Shown in pieces: positions 22,640 through 34,580 of a stretch of 64,000 nt of DNA; position 1 is the stretch's first letter, and every line of letters begins with the position of its first letter. A program made the translations under genes and the position numbers. The stretch spans positions 173,555 to 237,554 of the forward strand of contig NMRA01000019.1 in NCBI GenBank assembly GCA_002633005.1. The letters are read 5' to 3'. This stretch comes from Phoronis australis (taxonomy: Eukaryota; Animalia; Phoronida). The notes under the pieces were generated by a model. The model saw only the letters and a program-made list of their open reading frames with translations. It was not told the origin of the DNA and searched no databases.

Positions 22640-23195
22640 AACCATTACAGCGTTCTGTGGTTCAGTAAAATTTCCAGACGCGAGGGGTGCTGAACGTGCG
22701 ATAACATCTGGCTCTTTTGTTAACTGCCCAGCTCAGTCTTTTGTCCCGTATGATAACAAGCAGGCCAATTATCTCCCAGGCTTCAAAGGAAACGTATTGT
22801 GGTTGCACGCTATTACCGAACGCGTTTGAACACAGTCAAACCCAGTGCGTCCGTTTGGACAGAATAGATTGTCTTAATTTCTGTTGTAGTTGCGCGATTT
22901 TGGTGATTCAAAACCGGAACATGATCAGCATTTGACGAGGAATTCCGAAATGCTATTGGTTTAAGCCCAAATATGTTATAACTTAACTTTCATTTTGATC
23001 AGCCCAGCCCAGTCAGTCTAGATAGGCCTACGATCTGATTGGAGATTAGAGCAATTATCGAACAAAAGGGCGCAGGCCCTCCAACCATAAATGCCAGAAT
23101 GGAGTTAATCAGTCGTGTAAGATGTTGGCTACGGGGGTAAACTTCCCAACTTGTTGTTGGGCTATAGAATCGAACAAGTTGGGAGCAACGGGATG
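22640..23195 (+). repeat. Dispersed repeat, copy A (copy B about 37865-38365)
   Basis: Colinear similarity, e.g. ATTAGAGCAATTATCGAACAAAAG and AACCATAAATGCCAGAATGGAGTTAA occur in both. Confidence 0.8.
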
Positions 23196-23249
23196 TCGCC
23201 GTCATGCAAAATCACGTAAACAAAAATAGGCAGAGAGGTGTTCTGGCGC

Positions 23250-24020
23250 CTTAGCTGTGGTGCACCAGGCGTGCTTAGGCCACACAACCGGGGCCTACTG
23301 CACTAATCACCTGATCAGGATTCAAAACAGTGGATCCCCCAGAATGCAGCTCCTGGTCAATTAAGTCTTCTAATTTTCCCATTTTTTCAGGAACTTAGAA
23401 GGGTTGTTGAACGCGCACGATCTGTACCAGTATGTGAGTTGTATGTCCATTTAGCGGAAGATTGCGAAGACCTTGATAAACAGGGCAAATTTCTACTACA
23501 TATTGGGGAATCTCAGGGCAGTTTGAACAAGTCATACGATCTGTGGTTACAGTGCCTAGTAATTACTTGGATCACCTACCGAATAGCCAGCCTATCTAAG
23601 CATAAGAATTTTAACCTCTTGACTCAATAGGATTTGGAAAGTTTAAGTTTTGTATACCCATCCTCCATCGTACAGGATTCATTCACACACTGCTTTACAT
23701 TTGCCTGCTTGTATGTGGTGGTGTGCAGGGTTCTGGTACGAAAAAGGGTGCACATACTATTTGCTCTGCAAGATAATTAATCTGCAACTTCAGCAACGTT
23801 AACAGGGCGTTTCGATGCCAAGCTATTGAGCTCACCCACGCAGGCCCGAACATAGCTTGAGCTGATTTTAGACTTAGTTAGAGCCTATTAAAATATGACT
23901 ACTTGACTATGTGAGAGTATGTGGTCTTTGTTACCAATAATTACCCAATGCTCTCTAGTCAGGACAACAGCCTCGTTGAAGGAGACAATTCCAGCCTTGT
24001 TGCCATGTTGCCCAGTGATA
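23250..24020 (-). mobile_element. Degenerate 3' end of an RNase H-encoding non-LTR retrotransposon (I/R1/LOA group)
   Basis: Minus strand ILSHSQ..ALTKSKISSSYVRACVGELNSLA..VNV..EVAD, PFFVPEP and LDRLAIR.VIQVITRHC...SPIC follow the SDSQ..AL..S..V..C..LN.L, GPEP and TGH..C pattern of these elements. Confidence 0.65.
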
Positions 24021-24270
24021 TCCGGGTCTGTTTATCGTCACGCAAAATCACTATGTAATGTCAGAAAAAACGCAATTTATGTGAATTATCAAATTCAACT
24101 TGTTCCCATTTGTTTTGGGACACATTATTTCGCGCGAAGAAATTGGGAGAAGGTATGCTAATATAAATGCAAGGATTGCTGTTGCGATGATTGTAGGTTT
24201 TAAATTGAAATGATTTTTTACTTGTTTCGTTATAAATGTGCCATGCATCGTCAACTTAGCAATAGAATTC

Positions 24271-24446
24271 ATAGATACGTTGTGTCACAGATACGTTGCG
24301 TCATAAATACGTTGTTTCATAGATACACTGTGTCATAGATACGTTGTGTCATAGATACGCTGTGTCATAGATACGCTGTGTCATAGATACGCTGTGTCAT
24401 AGATACGCTGTGTCATAGATACGTTGCGTCATAGATACGTTGTGTC
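24271..24446 (+). repeat. Minisatellite, 11 x 16 bp (ATAGATACGYTGTGTC)
   Basis: Direct tandem units counted. Confidence 0.95.
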
Positions 24447-26139
24447 ATACAGTAGATACGTTATAGTTTTAGCTGAATTATATCGTAATACAACAGGAGT
24501 CCCATCGTATTCCACCTATTTTGGGATACTTATGTCAAAGATGAATAGACATGCATCGTCTGCTACGGCGTGGAATTGACTGGTTGAAGAATATCGCTGG
24601 GAAATTTAAAAGCTTAATAATTTTTTGACAATCCTCGTTATTTCTGATATAGCTGCATGGGTGTAAATACGCATCGATGTAGTCATCACGTTGTCTCCGT
24701 TGTCGTCTTTAATGTCGTCTCCCTCGATTCGCCGTCGTCCGGCGTGGCACTGTTGGCGTCAGTCACCGCCGTACTCAGTTGCTTCGTCGCCGTGCGTCGT
24801 TCTAGGAACGGCGCGAAACTGACGGGGGAGGTTGGGTTGGGCGGCACAAAACGCTAACCGTTGCCACCTAAACAATACCGGAAACGCCTGCATAACAACG
24901 ACCTAAGGAGTTCATCCTTAACTTAAATAATAAGGAAAAGTTTAAGGTTAATCTTATGTCAAAACTGAAGTTAAGATAAAAAGTTAGAGACTCTTACATG
25001 GTATGTATTTTCCATTTGAAGTTACCCGAGAATGAAGATAAGGTATTTTGCTACGCATACGTGAAATATTGTAAAAACGGCCAATTTTTGTGAACATCGC
25101 TAAAATAAACTTAGAATGCGACCCCTGGTGTTGGTATGTCAATTTGAAATTCTTTTCTAATTTGCCTTTTCTTGCCCCCAAAATTCGAACATCTCGTACA
25201 AGTTTGACGCTTCACAGACAAAATATCTTTATATTATGCGGGCATGTAATGCCACTAATGTCCAATAACATCATTGTCGTGACGAATTTCTTTTACACTT
25301 GGGATCATGCATGTAACGTTATGTTAGTGGTAACAGCCGTGCGTTCTCACCGTGGGAATAATTGAACTAAACAAGCCGTCAGGTGGTGTTGTAATTATAC
25401 CAGAGCTAAATCTGTGTCTATATATATAATAACTCAACTTTTGTCGGGTACACATGAACTCTGCCGTCCTACGCATAGCACGCGGACGGCGGCAATGTTT
25501 GCGCGCCAATATTAAATGTAAAATTGTGACGTTTCTTAAATTGACTTGAGTATCCTTGTAAGGTTGACATCCCTCATTGTTTTGATGTGAGTCGTATGAG
25601 ACGCGTTAAACAAAACATTGACTTGCGTAAATCAAGGAAACCCTAGAAGCAAAAGCTTGGCGCGGAAAAGGATATTAGGTTATTTATTGGGTTTCACAGA
25701 CGACGTAATCTCGTATTGCGTGCCTCTTACAGAGAGAAACGAATAAAAAGCAAGCTACTTACGTATGTCGACCACACAGGAGCAAGGGTCTTTCTTGTGA
25801 GGTAAGACAAATCTAGACTAGTATGATTGTGTTCCTGTCGGTGAAGTGTGTAGTAGGCTTATATATGTCAGAGCAAGTCATTAGAGAGCCCTAATCAGCG
25901 TGTAAAAGGAAACTATCCGTGAAGAGGTTGAATCTAAAACTAAATTGGTAAATTCGACTTTTTGAAGAAAAATTTGTATAAACTGAACTAAATCTAAAAC
26001 TGAAGATTTTGTGGAATTGCTTCAGAATTTCACCCATTTTTACATATTTCACATCAGCTGGCATGACTGTTTCTCAAGTTACAAGAATGCCAACCGTGTT
26101 TAGGTGCCCTAAGTTTAAGCGATGTTATAGGCGAGAAAA

Positions 26140-26205
26140 GCGATTTTCTGATTCGAACCGGGAACCTTCGCGGTAGCCGCGAAACGCTCTGCTGCTAAAC
26201 CGTAC
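26140..26205 (-). mobile_element. tRNA-derived repeat head
   Basis: Minus strand GGTTTAGCAGCAGAGCG...GGTTCCCGGTTCGAATC; degenerate. Confidence 0.4.
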
Positions 26206-29200
26206 CTGTTAAATGACTAGGCATCCTCAGTGCATTCAAGTGCATGGTGAAGTCACCAACTTTGATTTCAACGAATGTTCGGCAGACCGTTGATGAGAGT
26301 TGGCGATTCGTAATAAAATCACAAAAACGCTACGTATTTTATTGTTTCGCAGCATTGATCAAAATTAATAACTTCAAAAAGTCTATCCCATCCAAAAAAT
26401 CATAAAACAATATTTTCGCCGTGAGAAAGACCATGTCCCCTTAAGGTAAGTTTTGTTAACCTCGGAAAATTAGATATCAGAATGACTGGTAAAAATGAAA
26501 CATTCAGGCACTGCTACAGGTATATGCACTGTTCCCCAAAACCCTGACAGAAATTGTTTTTAAAATGTTTCACTTTTCCATAAGGTACCTTCGATAATTG
26601 GAGCTCCCTATTCTTTCAAAAATGTTCAATTTCATCTGAAAGGTTGATGAAAGCGAACTGTCAACCATGAAGGTTGTGACAGCGTTCTGAGATTTCATGA
26701 ACAGAAACTTTGTTACATTATTGATGCCATTGTCTTGGCAGGAATTGCTCTTTTCTATATCATACTGTGCTAAATTAGCTAAAAGCACATGGTTCCAAAT
26801 CCCAATGTCAGTCACCTGGCTTTTAAGTCAGAAATTCAATCCAAAAATGGTATGCTTTCAAAAACATACGTTTACCCAGCTGAATTCTAGTTCGTAAATA
26901 GTACGAAAAATTACTCAAATGCACAGATTTCCCAATAATCATCAATGATACGTGTCATCGACTTCGCTCATATTTAATAGATGATTTTTATAATAATCGA
27001 TCTGTAGCAGCCGATCGATTTTGTAATCTTTGTAATATTTCGATTTTGTGTCAGGTGGAGGGGAATTGTCAGCTCTTGTGTCAATCCCTTGTCAATCATT
27101 ATGTTGCCATGGTTTTGCATTAAGTCCACTAAGGGTCGTACTCCACTATATTTTTGACTGGGTGCAGTTGGAAAAGTAGGATACATGTCCATGAAGAGAG
27201 TGTACTCGAAAAAAGGACTCATTTGCAGAGAATTTCCATGAAAAAACACCTCTTACTAGGGTCTCGTTTTAGGAACACCATCATTCTGTTATTCCGCCAA
27301 ACCTAATTTTTCTTAGCTATCATTGGACAGATGCTGTTCGACTTGACAGCTTGTGAAATACAAGGTTAAAGCCACTGTGAACGATAGCATGTATTGGTGT
27401 CAGAAACAGCTTGTCGCACATGGGGTCTGAAAAGTGACTTAAGAGTTAAGACAAAAATACGCTCCCACTTGGCAGTTGCTAAATAAAGGCCAAGCCAAGT
27501 AATTATGAGCGCATATCAATATAGAAGTAATTTATATAAATTGTCTCAGTAACTAGCAGTTATGTGCACATTCTCAGAGACCTTACATTTTTGCTCAAGT
27601 GAGATTTAACTGTTTTTCAGAAACATTGTCTGGAGCGTAAAGCCATTTTTTTTTACTTAATTCTAAGTCACTTTTCATGAAAGAGGCCCTAGATATACTT
27701 GAGAAGTATCCATGGATGACACATTTTCCAACACGATTCCTAGAATCGGCTGCACATTTCCAAAACAAGGCCAATATAACAACTCTGTCCAGGTCCGACC
27801 TATGGGCATAAAAACTTTGGTGCACGTGAGGTGTACGCGCTGCATTATTACAGTAAAATAGTGTAGTTCATGATCGCCTTGCTTTGTTGGTTGTAACCAG
27901 AAGGAGCGCTTATCAATAGCTTGATTTTGCTGGGAAACGACGTAAGAAATTGCCGCTTTTGCTGCTCAAAAATGATAATTGAGTCGTATCTCAAATGAAC
28001 GTGAAGTTACGTTTTCGATCTCATACTAAACGACAAAACTGATTTGACAATGTTTAGTTGTATTATCATGCTAATAAAACGCATCGTTTCAGAAAGCAAT
28101 CCGATAAAATTGACTCATTAAAAGCTGAACCTTCACACACCGACCTATGCCGTTATTAATTGCGCATTACCTTTTTAAGTAAAGTATTAGACACGAGCTC
28201 ACATAGGTTAGTTTTCCAGTTTAACTGCTCTCCTGTCAATGTAAACCGACACCAGGTCAGTCAACTTGGAAGCGCGTTTCATGCTGCATTTAGCATAAAC
28301 GTTGTTTACGTCATACATCGCAGTGAGCAAAGTTATTCAACGATTGCCTAATTTTTGTTTTTACTCTTGAATTATTTAAAATAAATCGATGTCTACGACT
28401 AAAAGTACTCTCAGAATGTATGCTTCCCGATCGAATCCGAATTAAATAAGTACATATCAACCCAACAGCGACTTAGCCTTTAACCGTTGCAACTGCAAAG
28501 ACTGGATTCATTAATAAGGAAGAAATTTCTGGAGGAAAATTCGAAAAACACGAGCAAATTAGGTAAGAGACATAGTCAAGCCAATCATGGGTATTAGAAT
28601 CCATCAAAGGAATATTTTGAATTTAATAGCATTTTAAGTTACATATTTCAAATTTTTAAGAGCGTCTTTGATTGAAATTTAGCGTTAATCAACATCTTTT
28701 CAACTTAATTAAAGGAAGATAGGAATTGAGAAATGCGTTTACACGGTATATATATGTATACAACTGTACCCGTGGTACAAATTCATAAGTTAATAATCTC
28801 TAACCATAGTCTACAACTTAGTAATAGCCCGCATGTGCTGTTCAATTTATCATTGGGAATGTTTCCCACTCAAGTTTTTTGTACCCTGATGACATGCAGA
28901 GACACCCTCCTTACATTGTATTTCCAATACCATTACTGTTCAAAACTCGCATTTGGTTGTCATTTTAGCGTATCCTGTCTCTGTTTCGTAGCACAATAGA
29001 GACAATAGTTTTATAGCAATCACTTAAAAGACTAAATTAGCACCCTCTTTGTTGTGATGCATTGTACTGAAACCGGGAACATACAAATTAGCAGGCCGTT
29101 ATTCTTACAATGGGTAACGATGACTTCATTTCTTCTAAAGATCACCGGCTCATATCGCACCATAAGAACTAACAATTTCAACCTCTTCCGTTTCTTTTCC

Positions 29201-29957
29201 GCTCTAAACGGTATTTATGTCATTTTCACATCATCACAAAATTGCGAGAATTTAAGCACGTTGTACAAGCTTACTAACAAGAGAAACTTGCAGTAAATAT
29301 TTCAAACAGGTGTCTCTATACGGAAGATTGAAATTGCTGTAAAAATGAGAGGTGTACGTATATCTTAAAGACATCCTAAAGAAGCTAACACGCATACTTT
29401 AAAGAAAAACATACTCTTTCCGATTCATTTTAGTTAAAAATTTCATAAAACGGATTGCGCAAGTTAGTTCTATCGAAACCTAAGCCCAAATAATGCTAAT
29501 TCAACACTGAACTGAATCTAATTCTATTAGATTTAATTTATTGGTTTTTAGTTTTCGTGGTGCACCACCACCTACATTGGCCGGCGTAATAAGTCACAAT
29601 TGATTCATGCATTACGGGTACTCAACTGCCGCCAGATGTAATGAGAATTCCGCGGAACCCCCCACCTTTTCAATTAAAAAAAAATAAATAAAATAAGGCA
29701 AACACACGCAGGTCTGAAAGTTTCGAAATGTTTATATTTAAGTGACATCTTTCGACTGGCAAAACTAACCCTGTGTTCTGATTGGTGGATGTAAAGGGAA
29801 GCGTATCTTTAACAAGTATTCAACACTCAGTTGACCACATGTTAACTGGAGAAACGTCATTCACACATTACATGAAAACAATCCTACTTTGGCACCCTAA
29901 CCGGTCAAGATCGAATGGGCAACTCGACCGGTTTGCGCACCACAGAATTTGCCGGTT

Positions 29958-30150
29958 CAGATCAAAGACACCATGCTGTTGTGGTTAATTAAATCGCCTC
30001 AGGCTCCTGATGTTATCGTTCCCTAGATAATGAGACCACCATGAACACATTGGGAGCGACAATGGTATTTATAAATTTTCGTGTTGAAATTTTGTAAATA
30101 GCATTTTTTAATAGTTCTTGAAAAGCACACGTGGTTAGAATTTTGAAAAT
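29958..30150 (+). repeat. Dispersed repeat shared with about 52544-52735
   Basis: AGATCAAAGACACC..ATGCTGTTGTGGTTAATTAAATC...GAAAAGCACACGTG occurs in both. Confidence 0.75.
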
Positions 30151-30628
30151 TGGACACGGAATGGGATTTTTACAGCCTAAAATGCTTGTTTAATGTTACA
30201 ATATGATCCTCGTTAATTCTGCTGGGTGTGCAATATAATTAGGCCAATTATCAAACCACCAGGGAGCAGCTGGCTTTTGAAGTAAGCCAGGTGTCATCCT
30301 ACAATTCTTGACATGGCTATCATCTTGTTAGGTGAGAACAATGGTCGCTTTCAGATGTGACAGAAGAGATAACTGGTAATGCTTCAAAAGGGGGCCCATA
30401 GGCTGTGTTCTGAAGACAATATATTAGCCAAGCATTCAACGTAGAAACCAACTTTGCTTTTTTCTCCTCATGCTTGTATATATGCACGAGTGTCAGAATG
30501 CAGCTGTCAATTTAGGTTGAACCCTGTCAGTGACTTACATTTCAAGAACTAAATACAATTACCCATGTTTTACATTACAGATCGATCTGAGTAAAGAAAA
30601 ATGTGTTCGTTTCGTTTGTAGATAAGGT

Positions 30629-30821
30629 ATGTTGCTGACTACAATTTTGCTATCAGCGCTGTCAGCCTGTGTCGTTGCCGCCGACAGGTTCTGCGGTCTT
30701 GAGGACTACAACGGGAACAGCCGCGGAATATGTGGTCCAAAGATACCACAGATGTTAAGTGTCGTGTGCTCCGAATTTGGTGGTTACCATTCTGTTAACA
30801 AGAAATCTTACTATGACTCAG
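30629..30821 (+). CDS. Insulin-related peptide coding exon 1 (signal peptide + B chain)
   Basis: ATG 30629; GICG...C B-chain motif; donor at 30822. Confidence 0.92.
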
Positions 30822-31898
30822 GTAAAAGTCCGAGGGCGCACGCTTTTTCTGATTCACTCAAATATTCTGAGATTACATTGTATCAATTCGTACAAACGAT
30901 ATTAAGCCTAGCGTCAGTGCCACAGAGGCACGTGATGGATATGTCCTGTCATGGAAATTCGTATGAGCACGTACTTAAAGCCACTTACATGTATGAGATA
31001 TAGGCCCATGCCAACTTCAAGATTAGAAACGTCATACTCGTTAGCATATGTCATTTCACCAGAAACCAATAGAGTTCCATAAGGTCTGACTGCAGAAGTT
31101 ACGTCAGTTGCAGTGTTTCGTTTCTATAAAACACAACGTTATTCGTTCGCAGTCAAAAAATGCAAAGCCTGATTTGGCTCCGTCAAAAGGCAATTTTTGA
31201 CGTTCGTTTGGCAGTCGCTCTACATTCGTTGCTATTCACTGGGAAGTTACATGTATTCTTCAGGAAAATGTAAGGCATGCAATACTTGTACGTTGGTTTG
31301 TTGAACTCGATGTATAGTGCGACGGAGCCTTGAGCTACGACCGGGACTTCTTACCGTAGATGCAAGCCACTCGCAAGAAAAGCTAGTGTGACCACGTGCT
31401 CTGCTTGTAATGCATAGCAATATCACGCGAAGACTTGTATGGTTTTGCGTTGTTTCGTGAGTTTCTTGCATCTGCGAAACGCAACCCAGGCTTACGACCA
31501 GTGATAACACTGTCCACTTCTGTTTTCTTGATGTAATCAGCATGTCTCGAACATTTTTTTCAGCAAAAGTTGACTCACGTGACAACCATTGGCCTAAGGA
31601 TGACGATATGTTTTTAACGGAAAAGGAAGCCACTGACTATCTTCACAATCCAAAGGGAAAACGTGGCAGCGGAAACCAAAATATCGTCTGCGAGTGCTGC
31701 GTTCATCAGTGCAGTTACGGAGAGATGCGAGGATACTGTCTAAAGCCGAAAGACGTCCGGAGAATCAAACGGAGTTTCCCGAACGCGCCTATATTTAAGT
31801 CTCACTCACCGTCACCAGTATTCCGTGATTTTTTATCGGCAGAGAGAAATAAGCGACACGTAAAACTTCGCGGCAGTGTAGCATTGGGGAACGATTAG
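30629..31898 (+). CDS. Insulin-related peptide precursor, molluscan (MIP-like) 8-cysteine type; join(30629..30821,31564..31898), 175 aa
   Basis: Hydrophobic signal peptide MLLTTILLSALSACVVA. B chain has 3 Cys (FCGLEDYNGNSRGICGPKIPQMLSVVC), followed by KK, a C-peptide split by a phase-1 intron (G|GTAAAA...TTTTTCAG|CA) and KR. A chain NIVCECCVHQCSYGEMRGYC (C-x-CC-x3-C-x8-C) is followed by a 52-aa extension. An acceptor at 30580 (TACATTACAG|) implies an upstream non-coding exon, as is usual for insulin genes. Confidence 0.93.
31564..31898 (+). CDS. Insulin-related peptide coding exon 2 (C-peptide, A chain, C-terminal extension)
   Basis: Of the two nearby AG acceptors, only the one ending at 31563 keeps frame; CECC-x3-C-x8-C; TAG at 31896-31898. 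Confidence 0.92.
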
Positions 31899-32340
31899 TC
31901 ACAGAATTGATATTTTTTCTGGCTTCAGCTTCATGTTCTTTTGTAACTCAGTGTCGTCTGTTCTCCGATTATGACCACTCAATTAGGCCCTATTATAAGG
32001 CTTGAAACACAGTATGAGTAATCTGGAAATACAGAACAGTTTATAGTTTTCAAGGCATATATATAGGTACAACTCGGAAGATAAATATAGTTGTCATTGT
32101 TAACTTTTTTGCAGTCCAAGCTACTACCTTTTTGCTAGCGGAAGACTTACGAAGCCACCATAACCCGGCTTAATGTGCTGAATGACAATCGTTTTTAAAA
32201 TGCTTTCTTTTTAAAGTTATAGTGAGCGTTACACCGGCGGATAAAAATGGTCAGAATGGAGAAGTTTGTTTAGCCAAAACTAACATCTTTGAGCAATATT
32301 TCTTATTTCACGACTTGACTTTTGTGAGGATATCGAAATT

Positions 32341-32346
32341 AATAAA
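32341..32346 (+). promoter_or_regulatory. Candidate polyadenylation signal of the insulin-like gene
   Basis: First AATAAA I found downstream of the stop, about 440 nt after it. Confidence 0.4.
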
Positions 32347-33094
32347 AACCTTTGATCTTCGCCGTTAAGTGTGTCCAAAGGTACATGTACAAGTCATATT
32401 TCCAAAACAACGCTCACCATAACTTTAGCAGATCCAGTGCTCAGTCTCTATTGCCATGGCAACCGACAGGTGACCTCGAATGCCAAGCTTTCGACAGGTG
32501 TATTGGGAATTAACTCTGTCGGGGTTGAATTTCACTGAGAAGCGAGGTTTGAATTGAAAATAAACTAATAACGTATTTTCTGATCTAAATTTTGTTCACT
32601 TTCCTAGCGTTTTGACAGTGGTACAAGATCACTTGATCAATAACGGGTACCCGGCGTTGGGTTTTTTTCTGTGGGAGCGCGATTTTCTCGACCACTGAGC
32701 TTCAGCGTTTGCGATATTATTCATTGTGTTTGTAGCTATAGCTGGAGGATAATCACATGTAGCATTTAAGGTGTAACAGTCGTTATGTTTACATTCCAGG
32801 ATCTTTGAAATTCAACACTTTCTACAGATTGTAAAAAGACAATACATATGGTTTTATGAAACAAAGCCAAACTTCTCCGTAGTGTGATGAGATAGTTTGC
32901 AAGGAATGCTTTTACAAAACATTTGCAAAGTTTTTAAAGAAACCAGTTTGCAGTGTTTCGGTATCTCTGCCAATTTTGTGCTCGTTTGTGTGCCACACAC
33001 AAACACAAAACCTTAGCTACTTGCCGCTGTTTAGCAGTCAATTGAAGTGCTTTGGGATTTAAAAAACATCACCACACTGGCCGAATGAACAGAG

Positions 33095-33350
33095 ACGGTG
33101 TGGCTCATTGAATGGGGCTCCGGACTCCTGTTTGGGGGACTCCAGTTCGAATCATAGCCTTACTGGAAAACAATCGAGCATTGCACAAAGGTGTCTCATC
33201 TGAGATCGTTTTACTAGTAAATGTATGCAAGGGAATGAATGAGATCCTACATATAATGCAGGACTATGCTCGTGTTAACAGAGAAAGAAATGACTGAACC
33301 GCCCATTCAAGTCACGGGTAATGCGTACATACCCATTCTATGAATTCACA
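33095..33350 (+). mobile_element. tRNA-derived SINE-like repeat
   Basis: A box TGGCTCATTG (33101) and B box GTTCGAATC (33145), followed by a body of about 200 nt. Confidence 0.5.
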
Positions 33351-34077
33351 ATGTTAGGGTTAGCCAACAGTTATATACTTTTGATGTTCTTGTTGGTAAC
33401 AGAAATCAAGTCCTATCGAAGTAAAGGATTTTTGGAGACCAGCATCATAAACATGTTTTAAATGGCTCAATTCATTTTTCGTTTTATGACAGCTAAAATA
33501 CTGAAATACAAAAGGCATGCAGTTTTAATGATCATTTGATTGTCAAATTTTTTTTCTCATTATGACATATGAATCTAAATATTGTATGAACGAAACTGAT
33601 GCATATAACACGCGTTTCCTTTTCTCTGGCTTTGTACTAAACCATTTCAGATTCAACATTGATGAGTGTACCATGGTGTTATTCCACATCACATTGCAGA
33701 ATCAAGCACGTGTTTGAACATAGTAAGAGACTGCGACAGGACCATCAAATTTCAAAGCAGTAGCCATTTCTCGAGAATAGACCTCTTAAGCTTATAAATA
33801 TCTCTGTGAAAGACGTCTCTTGCATATCTTGCGTCTAAACTGTAGAACTGATATAATCTATGGAATATGTAAAACATACGACTGAGTTAAGGTTAGTGTA
33901 CCCAAGATGTAAGGATAACAAAGCTTTTAAAATTCAAATTAAACATAACTTTTCATGTTCGAGACTGCCGAATCATGTTCTTTAATCTCAGTGAGCACGG
34001 AAAATCCCCTAAGTCGCGTGTCCTAGCGTCCACTAACAATAACCGAGGACCCTATTTTAAGAGATTCCAAAATAGCA

Positions 34078-34580
34078 GTGTTACTATGTGAGTGAAAACT
34101 ATTTGGATGAGTGTGCGCGACAAATGGATGAATCATGAATCAACTCTGTTATATTGGAAGGTTCCGAAAACAATTATGAAGTCCACTGAGCTATCTTGAC
34201 CACCGGTCAATAGTAGAAAGCCTCTTACCCAAACTTGGGATTGCATATAAATGTACATAATTGTGTTGTTATTAATCAGCGCGTTGTTGTCGTATACGTA
34301 AGAATTATTAATCTTCATACGCGCGGCCATATGTTTGTTACATCACGTGACCCATAACTAGATCTGAAAAGCTTTCTGCCCGCCGACCGGGGTTCGAACC
34401 CGGCACTTTCTGCCAACCGAGCAGACGCTCTAGTCTGTTTGGATTTCTCTAATCGACTGGTGGTCCCGATAGCTAAGTCAGTGGACTTTATAATTTTCAG
34501 AATCTGTCGCTACAACAGCACCGATTCATCCACTCATCATGCATACTCACCCAAATGGTTTTCACTCACGCCGTAAAACT
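34078..34580. mobile_element. MITE with TIRs of about 50 bp enclosing a tRNA-like segment
   Basis: GTGAGTGAAAACTATTTGGATGAGTGTGC...TGGATGAATC (34088-34134) is inverted at 34523-34569; internal GGGTTCGAACCC B box near 34395. Confidence 0.6.

Noticed and set aside
24271-24446. Regular repeat array that might be taken for CRISPR
   Set aside because: Contiguous 16-bp units without spacers, eukaryotic context, no cas genes.
26570-27249. ORFs of 66-91 aa on both strands
   Set aside because: No domain, no coherent splice structure, AT-rich composition typical of repeat-derived non-coding DNA.
30822-31003. ORF-track extensions of true exons (30629..31003, 54672..54947, 55593..55937, 7535..7852)
   Set aside because: These run through consensus splice sites into intron or UTR sequence; the spliced models explain the conserved parts.
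33353-33363. GTTAGGGTTAG, whose reverse complement CTAACCCTAAC equals the vertebrate telomerase RNA template; tempting near NHP2
   Set aside because: A single 11-mer is plausible by chance in 128 kb of both strands. It lies at the tail of a SINE-like repeat, and I could see no pseudoknot, CR4/5 or H/ACA domain.
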